Source: Candidatus Marinacidobacterales bacterium (GTDB lineage Bacteria; Acidobacteriota; Vicinamibacteria; Marinacidobacterales; DATDRI01). From it: DNA of 64,000 bases. The position numbers and the translations under genes were made by a program. Positions 1-10,064 of this stretch are shown here, in pieces (the stretch's first letter is position 1; each line of letters starts with the position of its first letter). The DNA is taken from positions 4,192,001 through 4,256,000 of the forward strand of contig CBDCNP010000002.1 in NCBI GenBank assembly GCA_965219415.1. The letters run 5' to 3'. The notes beneath the pieces were generated by a model. It was not told the origin of the DNA. It saw nothing but the letters and a program-made list of their open reading frames with translations, and did not search any database.

Positions 1-59
1 CGTACCTAATCTCTTGGAAAAAGAATGGCGCTTCTCCGCGTCCACGTGATGGTATCAGA

Positions 60-199
60 TCAAGCGGCGACCTCGCCTCGAGCAAGAACGTCGGCGAGGT
101 GCTGGTAACCATCGATGCGTCGTAGTCTGATCTGACCCGAGGCAACGAGACCAAACAAGAGCACGACCGCCGACGCCTCGGTCGTGAACGACGCCTGGG
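60..199 (-). pseudogene. C-terminal fragment of a transposase, probably IS256 family; related fragment at ~2216-2350
   Basis: ...VLLFGLVASGQIRLRRIDGYQHL...EVAA* occurs twice, each copy cut off upstream by repeat sequence. Confidence 0.5.
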
Positions 200-355
200 T
201 GTCCCTTCCATAAACTTGAGCTGCATGAGATTGGCAAACTGCCTGCAACCAGGACGGCTTTGGTCGTCTTCATGTAGGACGTTTTGAGAGCCGGCGTCGG
301 CTCTACTCAGGGGTAGAGGTGTAAGCTGGTGCAAAGTCCAGCAGCCGTCCCGAGC
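200..355 (-). repeat. Right terminus (type D, TGTCCCTTCCATAAACT) of an rve-transposase element
   Basis: Reverse-complement match to ~32990-33143, where it follows the transposase C-terminus ...VGGLHHHYTRRAA*. Confidence 0.7.
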
Positions 356-1665
<1,310 letters not shown>

Positions 1666-1668
<3 letters not shown>

Positions 1669-1950
1669 GGGCGACCCTGTGCCATTGCCAAGAGGAGGCG
1701 TGGGTAGCATCGCCCAGCTAATGCACCGCTCGGCATCCTCAAGCCAACTTGCCGAATCGGGATCCTTAAGCAGGGGTAGTCCAAGCTTGACCAGACAACA
1801 AGGCAAGTCCAACTCCTCCGATAGCTCCGTCCCCAACCAGCGCACGCCCTTTGCTGCGCCCTCAATCGTCCAGGCTGTCACGCACTGAACCATGACCCGG
1901 TGCTCGGGTCCCTGGATGAGCCACCCCACTGCGCCGACCCAAGTGTTGGA
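1666..1950 (-). pseudogene. Diverged 3' fragment of the hypothetical gene at 8835-9476
   Basis: Near-identical peptide GWLIQGPEHRVMVQCVTAW...MLPTPP. Confidence 0.8.
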
Positions 1951-1984
1951 TCGGTGCGGGTACCACGGCGTACCGGGACCCCGG

Positions 1985-2155
1985 CGTCCTGTGCCAAAAC
2001 TTGATCCACTGGCAACATTACAAGCGAACAGTCGATGCGGGCGTGGACGGTGGGGCCCGCGACAACCATGGAGCAGAGCTAGGCCCTTGGCCCGGTCGCA
2101 AACACAGACACTAAGCTGCTGATTTATGGTCTATTTCAAAAGGGCCGAGTTTTGG
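1985..2155. repeat. Mini-element with two type-B termini, right one truncated
   Basis: Starts CGTCCTGTGCCAAAACT, ends ...AAGGGCCGAGTTTTGG. Confidence 0.7.
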
Positions 2156-2896
2156 GGATGTGTCCCGAGGTCCGTGGAAAAAGAACAGCGCCCTCCACTC
2201 CGTCAGGGTATCAGATTAGGCGGCAACCTCCGCGTGTTCGAGAACCTCGCTCAGACGTTGGTAGCCGTCGATGCGTCGTAGTTGAATCTGGCCAGAGGCG
2301 ATAAGCCCAAACAGCAAAGCAACCGCCTGACGGCGCCTATGACCAGGTGCCGATCGCCCGCTCCACGTCGCGCGAACCAAGCCTAGACACCTCTCATCCG
2401 AAACGTCCCGACGCACCGGTCTTGAGTTCGTTTGTGTTTTTGGACACGACGCGGTAGTAGGCTTATCGATCATGGGTTGAACTTCCTGTTCTGCCAAGCC
2501 GGATGGTGCGTAAGCCTCTCTGTTAAAAGGTCATAACGCTGGTCTCATTATGAGGTAGGCTGTAACTTGAGTGGCACACCTTCGACGGCCTGATCCTACT
2601 GATGTTGCTGGACGAACTCGTTCGGCGTCAACTCCGCCGGAGTGGTCGGCCTTGATACTTGTATTCCAGAACGTGGAATGGTTGATAAATGGGTCTTCCT
2701 CTGCTCCTGATGTGTCACCGTGACCCTGCTCTCCGTCTTCTGCAGCACGCTTCCACTGTGTGTGATTTCTCCGCGGCTGATTCGTGTGCTGGGTTCGGAG
2801 GGCGAGTCAGTGCCCGCACTGTTGAAGTGGGTTCGGTTGTTTCGACGCCGGTTCGTCAGCGTTGGTCGAAAGCAGTTTACGATTCCCAATACCGGG

Positions 2897-2951
2897 TGTG
2901 CTCCGCAAAAAGTCGATCCAGCGGTACGCGATCTCTTTTTTGCGGATCACA
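2897..2951. repeat. 55-bp mini-element, type G
   Basis: TIRs TGTGCTCCGCAAAAAG / TGTGATCCGCAAAAAAG; shortened version of the 94-bp copies. Confidence 0.8.
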
Positions 2952-3209
2952 GGTGGTTTCCGCGCACCGACCGGGTAGCGAGCGTGTCGACCGAATCGAG
3001 CTCAGACCAAGGGCAAGGACGAGCGAATGGTGGGCTACATCAAGCACCACTTTTTCGTTCGCTATCGAGAGTTCGTCAGCTGGCAACATCTGAACCAACT
3101 TGCCGAAAGCTGGCTTCGGGAGGAGGCGGACCGTCGAGTCCATGGGACGGTGAAAGAGGTGGTGGCGGAGCGATTCGCAAAGGAGCAACCTCATCTGAGG
3201 CCGCTTCCC
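2952..3209 (+). pseudogene. IS21 IstA transposase internal fragment
   Basis: RAQTKGKDERMVGYIKHHFF...RRVHGT; bounded by G and C termini. Confidence 0.75.
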
Positions 3210-3338
3210 CGTCGTGTCCAAAAATACAAACGAACTCTAAGACCCACGCGCCGGCCCGTCGCCGAGTTCATCTATCATTATCATGGAGAGCTCAGCCATC
3301 AAAGGCTTGGCAACGCGTTTGTGTTTTTGGACACGACG
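3210..3338. repeat. Mini-element with two type-C termini (CGTCGTGTCCAAAAA)
   Basis: ~22-bp TIR; internal remnant of the rve C-terminus (YHYHGELSHQRLGN). Confidence 0.8.
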
Positions 3339-3393
3339 GGACCGGTCTATTTCAAAAGGGCCGAGTTTTGGCACAGGACGGGGAGCTTAAAAG

Positions 3394-4383
3394 ATGTTCG
3401 GACCCTATGTCCATAATGTCGATCCGATCATTGCCGAAGTGGGCGGCGTCTATCTCTGGTGGTATGGGCTTAGCTATTCGCTGGGATTCCTGCATTTGCA
3501 TCTGTTTCTGCGCCGCCACAGGCTTCGGCTCGGACTCACTTCCAGAGACGTATACACCCTCACTCTTTTCATCGTGGTGGGCGTTTTGGTTGGGGCGCGT
3601 CTCATCGAAGTCGCATTCGACGAGTGGCCCTTCTACAGCGCGCACCCTACCCTCATTCCGGCATACTGGCTTGGGGGCCTGGCGTCTCACGGGGTCCTTC
3701 TCGGAGCGACTGTAGCCGTCACCTCCTTCGCCTTGCTCTATCGAAAGGACCTGCTCGCGCTGTTCGATGCAGTCGTGATCCCCGGTTCGTTTCTGATGGG
3801 AATGGGAAGGATCGGGAACTTCATCGACGGCCAGATCGTGGGTGCTCTCACCGATGTGCCGTGGGGCGTGCGGTTTCCCGACGCAGTTGGAATCCGGCAT
3901 CCGGTGGTTCTCTATGACGGCATCAAGAATCTTCTGCTGGTGCCTTTCCTCCTCCGTGTTCGAAAGATGAACCCAACGCCGGGGGCAACCGCAGCTCGTT
4001 TCGTCTTCTGGTATGCGTTCTTGCGTGTATTCATTGATCTGTTTCGCGACTATCCGACTCACCGTCTGGCTCTCGGGACCGGGCAGACCCTGAACCTCAT
4101 CATGGTGTCGATCGGTGTCGTTTTTTTGATCCGATCGCGCATTCGGCGTCTGGGTCGGCTGCGAAGTGGTGTCAGAGAGGCACTGGAGGTGGAAGCCCCG
4201 CCTGAAAAAGCGCCATTCGTGTTACAGAGAATCGTACTCGTTGTTTTACTGGTGTGCTGTCTGACGTTGCCCAGCAACTGGACACAGAACATACCGGAAC
4301 GATACGGGAAGCGACACGCCGGACTCGAACACTCGTGGCTCTACCCAGACATCAACACGTCGGCGCCGACCGATGAACCCTAG
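3394..4383 (+). CDS. lgt: Prolipoprotein diacylglyceryl transferase
   Basis: WYGLSY, GARL, GGLASHG, GRIGNFIDG and RHPVVLY motifs; multiple TM segments. Confidence 0.9.
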   Translation: MFGPYVHNVDPIIAEVGGVYLWWYGLSYSLGFLHLHLFLRRHRLRLGLTSRDVYTLTLFIVVGVLVGARLIEVAFDEWPFYSAHPTLIPAYWLGGLASHGVLLGATVAVTSFALLYRKDLLALFDAVVIPGSFLMGMGRIGNFIDGQIVGALTDVPWGVRFPDAVGIRHPVVLYDGIKNLLLVPFLLRVRKMNPTPGATAARFVFWYAFLRVFIDLFRDYPTHRLALGTGQTLNLIMVSIGVVFLIRSRIRRLGRLRSGVREALEVEAPPEKAPFVLQRIVLVVLLVCCLTLPSNWTQNIPERYGKRHAGLEHSWLYPDINTSAPTDEP

Positions 4384-4460
4384 AGGGGAGTCGCCGACAA
4401 CGACGACTGGTGGTTTTGAGCGAGGTGTGACAGGTTGACTAAGCCTCGGAGGAAAAGACC

Positions 4461-5051
4461 GTGAGCAATCGAACCGTGACGCAGCTGGGCGCCATCGTGC
4501 TGATGGCGTCGTCGATAGTGCCCCTATCGGCGAAAACCCAGACGGTAAAGGGAAACACATACGCGGACACGGCAGGGGTAGGTGTCCGGACTCTCATGTT
4601 GATCGGTGCCGGACTTCGTGAGCGGTGGTGGCTTGACGTCTACACGATGGGCGCGTATGCCGAGAACCGCACCTGCGATCCGCAGATGCTGATCTCGATG
4701 GATGGGGCAAAATCCCTCCGTATCGATCTGCTCCGCGACGTCGACGCGAAGAATATGGCCGACGCGCTCGAAGACGCTCTCGATAAGAACTTGCCGCCCG
4801 GCGGCTCCCCCGGTATCCGATCTCAGATCGATACCGTCCTAGGCTATTTTGAAAAGGACCTGGAGAAGGGGAACAGCATGGAGTTGACCTACGTTCCCGG
4901 CGTGGGTACGGCGCTAATGCAGAACCGGGAGCAGCAGGGAGCCGCGATGCCGGGCAGGGGGTTTGCCGACGTCCTGTGGGCTTCCTATTTCAGTTCCGAA
5001 ACTTGCTGTTCGGGGCTCAAGAAGCAGATTCTCGACCATTGTTCCCAGTGA
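4461..5051 (+). CDS. Secreted chalcone-isomerase-like fold protein
   Basis: Signal peptide; GAGLRERWWLDVYTMGAY and LTYVPGVGT resemble the Chalcone_3 family; GGA RBS. Confidence 0.7.
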   Translation: MSNRTVTQLGAIVLMASSIVPLSAKTQTVKGNTYADTAGVGVRTLMLIGAGLRERWWLDVYTMGAYAENRTCDPQMLISMDGAKSLRIDLLRDVDAKNMADALEDALDKNLPPGGSPGIRSQIDTVLGYFEKDLEKGNSMELTYVPGVGTALMQNREQQGAAMPGRGFADVLWASYFSSETCCSGLKKQILDHCSQ

Positions 5052-5112
5052 GAGGTTCGCAGGAGGATGGATGTCTTCACGACCAGGCAAGTCGAGGAGC
5101 TTCGCAATGAGC

Positions 5113-5172
5113 TGTTAGCGGCGACTGTAAATTGCACATTTGTGGCGGACGACAATTGCACACTCGGCACCC
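5113..5172. repeat. IS21-like terminus; second copy at 58115-58174
   Basis: TGTTAGCGGCG start with internal repeats AATTGCACA. Confidence 0.6.
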
Positions 5173-5247
5173 CGTCCTGTGCCAAAACTCGGCCCTTTTG
5201 AAATAGTGAAGTGACCCCGCTTTCGTGGACAGGTTAAGAGTTAGGGA

Positions 5248-6099
5248 TCAAGCGTCGCGATAGTACCTCCTTTCGAATTGGATAGGCGAGCAATAGTCGA
5301 TGGCGGAGTGTCGTCGTCGCGGGTTGTACCAGCCTTCGATGAAATCGAAGGTCGCCATGCGCGCCTCAGCGTGGTAGCGAAACGACCGGCGCTCGATCAG
5401 CTCGCACTCGAGCGTCGCGAAGAAGCTCTCGCACATCGCATTGTCGTAACAGTCCCCGACCGAACCCATCGACGGTCGCACCCCGGCCTCCCGGCATCGC
5501 TGGCCGAACGCTAGTGACGTGTACTGCGTGCCCTGGTCCGAGTGATGGATGACGTCGCCGGGCTTGCGTTGGAACAGCGCCATGTCGAGGGCGCTCAAGA
5601 CGAGCGACGTCCGCAGGTGGGTAGCCATTGCCCATCCGACGATGCGTCGGCTGAAGGCGTCCAGCACGACGGCGAGGAACAAGAAGCCCGACCACGTGGG
5701 CACGTAGGTGATATCGGCGACCCACAGGCGGTCGGGCCGGTCCACCTCGAAATTCCTGTCGACGAGATCGGGGGCGGGACGGGCGTCGTCACAGCGAATC
5801 GTAGTGTGCGCCCTCTTGCGCCGGTGAACACCTTGAATGCCAGCCTCGCGCATCAGCCGCGCTACACGCTTGCGTGAGACGTGGAGCTCGTGTGTCTCTC
5901 GTAGCTCGTGGAGGATCCTCGGCGCGCCGTACGTGCTCCGCGACGCGGTGTGAATCGCCCGGATCTTCTCAAGCAACTCCGCATCCGACACCGCGCGGGC
6001 CGACGGGGCACGCTCAAGCCACGCATAGTAGCCGCTGGCGGAGACGTCCAGCAGTCGGCACATCGTGGCAACCGGTAGTGAATCCTGGTTCGCCCTCAC
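5248..6099 (-). CDS. IS3 OrfB transposase
   Basis: WVADITY, HHSDQGTQY and DNAMCESFF DDE motifs. Confidence 0.93.
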   Translation of the reverse strand: MRANQDSLPVATMCRLLDVSASGYYAWLERAPSARAVSDAELLEKIRAIHTASRSTYGAPRILHELRETHELHVSRKRVARLMREAGIQGVHRRKRAHTTIRCDDARPAPDLVDRNFEVDRPDRLWVADITYVPTWSGFLFLAVVLDAFSRRIVGWAMATHLRTSLVLSALDMALFQRKPGDVIHHSDQGTQYTSLAFGQRCREAGVRPSMGSVGDCYDNAMCESFFATLECELIERRSFRYHAEARMATFDFIEGWYNPRRRHSAIDYCSPIQFERRYYRDA

Positions 6100-6410
6100 G
6101 AATCGGAAGGCTTCGGTGGTACCGACTCGGTCTCCCGAGCGAACCAGGCCGCGGCTTTTGAGAGGATCTCCCGCTCCAACCGTAGTTGACGGTTCTCCCG
6201 TCGCAGGCGGCGGAGCTCCGCACGCTCCTCACTCGTCAGACCGTCCTGCCTGCGACCCTCGTCGAGATCCGCCTGGTTCACCCAGTTCCGGATCGTCTGG
6301 CCCGAGGGCTCAAACTCTCGCGCCAGCTCTTCGGAGCCGCGGCCAGCTCGCACCAGCTCTACCATTTGGCGCCGGAACTCGGCCGCGTATCTGTTTCCCT
6401 GCTTTGACAT
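6096..6410 (-). CDS. IS3 OrfA
   Basis: RYAAEFRRQMVEL HTH plus coiled coil; overlaps orfB at GTGA. Confidence 0.9.
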   Translation of the reverse strand: MSKQGNRYAAEFRRQMVELVRAGRGSEELAREFEPSGQTIRNWVNQADLDEGRRQDGLTSEERAELRRLRRENRQLRLEREILSKAAAWFARETESVPPKPSDS

Positions 6411-6662
6411 CGTGGACTCCTGTCTCCCAAAGGATTAGGTGTCCACGAAAGCGGGTCAAGTCCATAGGCCATAAATCAGCAACTTAGTGTCTGTGTTTGC
6501 GACCGGGCCAAGGGCCGTGGGCTTTACAATCGTCTTGGGCGGGCGGGTCGTCACCATGCAGATGACCACCTAGTCGAGAGCGAATATCGAAGCATGTTCC
6601 TGAAGCGGTTTCCACGCTACGCCGGTCGAGCCCGCCGAGGGGCTACCGTCGCCGGCGACCAT

Positions 6663-7733
6663 CTACGCGGCACGGCAGTAGTAGTTGAGAATGCCCCCAA
6701 GTCGCTCTCGCGACACGATGGGGCCAGCGCTATTCGCGCTTGCCGGCAGAGGAGTGAGGAGCTCGTTGCCGAGACCTTGGTGGTTCCGTTCGGTGTGATA
6801 GTGCACGACGTATTCGCTTACCGCTGTGCGCAGGTGTCGCTCACTGAGAGGTACGAAGCGGTCGAGACACTCTCGACGTATGGAGAGAACGAATCTTTCC
6901 GCGTATGCGTTCAGATTCGGACTATTGGCGGGAAGGCGCAGGGGCTTCACGCCTGAATCTCTCAACAGCCCACGTACCGCCTCGGTGAATAGCGGGTCCC
7001 GGTCGTGGATGAGGTATCGCTTGCCAAGGAGGAAACCATCCCACAGGTCAGTGAGGTTTCTTGCCACCTGCTTCATCCACTCCCCGTTGGGGTCCGACGT
7101 TATCCCACCGATGCACACACAGCGAGTGGCGATATCGATGACAAACAGGACATGGTAGCGGACGAGCCCGAACGGGTTCACAACCTCGACGGTGAACAGG
7201 TCTGTCGCAGCGATGGCGCCCCAATGAGCCTTGATGAAGGTGCTCCACGACATGCTCTTGCCCCGCTCCGGGGCAGGTGCGATACCGTGGTCGGCGAGGA
7301 TCCTCTTGATGGTGTTGCGTCCGAGTTCATGTCCTAGGTTCTTGAGTGCGCCTCGCAGGCGCGTATATCCCCACGTCGGGTTCTCCTGCGCCACGCGCAC
7401 AATGAGCTCACGGATGTCCTTCGCCGTCGGAGGTCGGCCTGGGCTCCGGTTCTTGCTGCCATCGTACTTGGCTGCGATGAGGCAGCGGTACCAACGCACA
7501 AGCGTAGCGGGTGTGGCAACGGACGCAATCTGGGCCAGCGCCTCGCGGCCCAAAGCCTGGGCCTTGACCGCGAGCCTGCGCCGCTCGTCGTCCGAGAGAC
7601 TGAGACGCTTGCCCCGAAGCCCGGCTCGGAGCACACGGTTCTCCTCTTGCTGGTAGTCGATCACACCCTGCTGCTGGCGGTTGACCCAGCCAGCTAGAAC
7701 GAGCAGTAGGAATTGCACGTGGTACGTCATCAT
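6663..7733 (-). CDS. Integrase-core (rve) DDE transposase
   Basis: [46 protein letters not shown]. Confidence 0.9.
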   Translation of the reverse strand: MMTYHVQFLLLVLAGWVNRQQQGVIDYQQEENRVLRAGLRGKRLSLSDDERRRLAVKAQALGREALAQIASVATPATLVRWYRCLIAAKYDGSKNRSPGRPPTAKDIRELIVRVAQENPTWGYTRLRGALKNLGHELGRNTIKRILADHGIAPAPERGKSMSWSTFIKAHWGAIAATDLFTVEVVNPFGLVRYHVLFVIDIATRCVCIGGITSDPNGEWMKQVARNLTDLWDGFLLGKRYLIHDRDPLFTEAVRGLLRDSGVKPLRLPANSPNLNAYAERFVLSIRRECLDRFVPLSERHLRTAVSEYVVHYHTERNHQGLGNELLTPLPASANSAGPIVSRERLGGILNYYCRAA

Positions 7734-7873
7734 GGATCTGAAGATAACACCCTCGGGCCAGACGATTGTAAAGCCTACGGCCCTTGGTCCGGTCGCAAAC
7801 ACAGACACTAAGCTGCTGATTTATGGCCTATTTCAAAAGGGCCGAGTTTTAGCACAGGACGGGGTGCTTCCGC

Positions 7874-8039
7874 GGTGCTTGCGCTGTTTACTGTTGGTGA
7901 TTGTGTACGCATCCCTTTGCAAAAGAGGCGCTTACGCTCTATTTAGCGCGCAGCGAAGGTCACGAGCTCTATTTTAGCTGTAATTAATGCACCGTAAAAT
8001 CTTAGCGTCATCTCACCAACACTTAATGGCGGAAGCACC
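7874..8039 (+). repeat. MITE-A, 166 bp, IS1-like ends
   Basis: ~30-bp imperfect TIR GGTGCTTGCGCTGTTTACTGTTGGTGA / GGTGCTTCCGCCATTAAGTGTTGGTGA; 7 full copies in the window. Confidence 0.9.
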
Positions 8040-8285
8040 CCGTTGCTATTACAACTTCGTCCGACCGCACGGAGCTCTGAAGTTCGGACGTGAGATCCGA
8101 ACTCCGGCTATGCAGGCCGGTCTGACCACGCGACGGCTCACCTTTCGAGACATCTTCTTTGCGACGACGATTCCTTTGTGGTTGCGGATCGAGGTTTTCC
8201 TGCTCACTGGGGCGCGCAACCCGGTCTCTTCCACACCTGTACCACTGCCCGCAGCCGCGTAGCAACACTTGATGGCGGAAGCATC
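8040..8285 (+). pseudogene. IS1-like transposase 3' fragment with its terminus
   Basis: YYNFVRPH...RTPAMQAGL followed by CAACACTTGATGGCGGAAGCA; also at 28055-28188 and 48528-49038. Confidence 0.7.
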
Positions 8286-8514
8286 GGGACGGTTTGTGAG
8301 ACCGGGGAACCATACATCGTTTTTCTTTGACAGGAATCTTAGGACATCACCGATTCATGCACCAACACCGTTCTGGCTTGCTAACTTCGTGTAACGCCAC
8401 TAAAATAGTGCCGTTTGAGTTTCGCTCGAAGCTCGAGCACCAACCTCCGGTCGCCCACGCGGTGGGTGCACCGGCTAACGTTGAGTTAGCTTCAAAACGG
8501 AGGAGACTTGAGGA

Positions 8515-8814
8515 ATGGCGAAAAAACCCATGACCAAAACCCAAATCGTGGCCCAGATGTCGGAAGCGATGCAGGTTCCGAAAAAGCAGGCCGCGGCATG
8601 GTTCAAGTCGATTGCCGATCTCGCGGCGAAGGAGACGAAGCGGACGGGCCAGTTCATCATTCCCGGAATTGGAAAACTCGTGAAGGCGCAACGAAAGGCG
8701 CGCAAGGGACACAACCCCCGGACCGGCGAACAGATTCGAATCCCGAAAAAGACGGTAGTCAAGTTTCGAGTAGCGAAAGCTTGCCTGGACGCCGTCGTCT
8801 CACCGAAGAAGTAG
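8515..8814 (+). CDS. HU/IHF-family DNA-binding protein
   Basis: MTKTQIV...IPGIGKL...RKARKGHNPRTGEQIRIP...VKFR. Confidence 0.92.
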   Translation: MAKKPMTKTQIVAQMSEAMQVPKKQAAAWFKSIADLAAKETKRTGQFIIPGIGKLVKAQRKARKGHNPRTGEQIRIPKKTVVKFRVAKACLDAVVSPKK

Positions 8815-8834
8815 CTCACAAGCGACGCCTCGGA

Positions 8835-9476
8835 ATGTCCTACCGAACGACGGATGCACGCTGGCGACGTGCCCGGCGTAAAAAGCGGGCGAAGGCGGAC
8901 ACTGAGAATCCGACGGAAACCAAAGCATTGCAGGTTCCAGAACCCCCACCAATTCGGCCGGAGGAGCCAACGGGCGAGGGAGATGTTGGCGAACGGGTTG
9001 CTACCCTTGGACATTCCTTCGCCAGCGAGTCGATGATGCACCACTACAACCTATCGACGCACCACGTGTTCCAGATGCCACGCTCGGATGTTCGCTCCGA
9101 GACATTGGCTGCGTTGCAGTCCATCATCGAGGTGGCCACCGGCGGGCAAGCGGTGCCGTTACCCGGATTCCCCGAATACTTTCTAAGCATCAGGAACACC
9201 TGGGTCGGCGCAGTGGGGTGGCTCATCCAGGGACCCGAGCACCGGGTCATGGTTCAGTGCGTGACAGCCTGGACGATTGAGGGCGCAGCAAAGGGCGTGC
9301 GCTGGTTGGGGACGGAGCTACCGGAGGAGTTGGACTTGCCTTGTTGTCTGGTCAAGCTTGGACTACCCCTGCTTAAGGATCCCGGTGCGGCAAGTTGGCT
9401 TGATGATGCCGAGCGGTGCATTAGCTGGGCGATGCTACCCACGCCTCCTCCGAGGAATGGCACAAGGTTGCCCTGA
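8835..9476 (+). CDS. Hypothetical protein
   Basis: 213-aa ORF directly after HU; a diverged paralog fragment at 1666-1950 keeps the frame. Confidence 0.6.
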   Translation: MSYRTTDARWRRARRKKRAKADTENPTETKALQVPEPPPIRPEEPTGEGDVGERVATLGHSFASESMMHHYNLSTHHVFQMPRSDVRSETLAALQSIIEVATGGQAVPLPGFPEYFLSIRNTWVGAVGWLIQGPEHRVMVQCVTAWTIEGAAKGVRWLGTELPEELDLPCCLVKLGLPLLKDPGAASWLDDAERCISWAMLPTPPPRNGTRLP

Positions 9477-9721
9477 TGGGTGTATCGCCTGAGCTTGGGA
9501 ATCAGACGCAACTCCGGGCGGGACTTCATCGCACCCTTCTTTAATCAACCCGTCACGTGCTGCTCATCTCAATTCCCTGTTCTTCCCTGTTATTCATGGA
9601 TTCTAAGCCAAGACCGGATAGCTCCAAACTGCACCATCCGCACCTCGTCCTGTGGCAAAACTCGGCCCTTTTGAAATAGACTATAAATCAGTAACTTACT
9701 GTCTGTGTTAGCGACCGGGCC

Positions 9722-9887
9722 GGTGCTTGCGCTGTTTGCTGTTGGTGATGTGTACGTATCCCATTTCAAAAGAAGCGCTTACGCTCCATTTAGCGCGCAG
9801 CGAAGGCCGCAGGCGCTATTTGCGATGTAATTTAATGCACTGTAAAGTTTTAGCGTCATCTCACCAACACTTAATGGCGGAAGCACC
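9722..9887 (+). repeat. MITE-A copy, preceded by a type-B terminus at 9646
   Basis: 166-bp match to 7874-8039. Confidence 0.9.
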
Positions 9888-10064
9888 ACGCACGGATTTC
9901 CTCCGTTTTGCTGGATCCTTGTAAGGGCGCAATAATCTGTGATGCCGAGAGGCGTTAAGCAGATGACGTTCGTCGGCACACGCAATCCAACTGAAACCAG
10001 CATCAAACACCTCTAGCGGCGACCAACACTTAATGGCAGAAGCATCCGTTCCGACCATGGTCCT

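Larger units (their letters stand above)
5207..6464 (-). mobile_element. IS3-family element, apparently intact
   Basis: IRs TGAAGTGACCCCGCTTTCGTGGACA / TGTCCACGAAAGCGGGTCAAGTCCA; 3-bp TSD TAG. Confidence 0.95.
5173..7861 (-). mobile_element. rve/DDE element with ~100-bp TIRs (type B), interrupted by an IS3 in one TIR
   Basis: CGTCCTGTGCYAAAACTCGGCCCTTTTGAAATAG...TTTACAATCGTCT inverted at both ends; intact transposase inside; no TSD. Confidence 0.88.

Noticed and set aside
3368-3385. Sigma-54 promoter in the B end (TGGCAC plus IHF site)
   Set aside because: No TTGC -12 box at the required spacing in the copies inspected.
2720-3715. 331-aa ORF and similar long ORFs such as 8508-9476, 29319-30266 and 37454-38569
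   Set aside because: They span unrelated fragments or are shadow/antisense frames of better-supported genes in GC-rich DNA.
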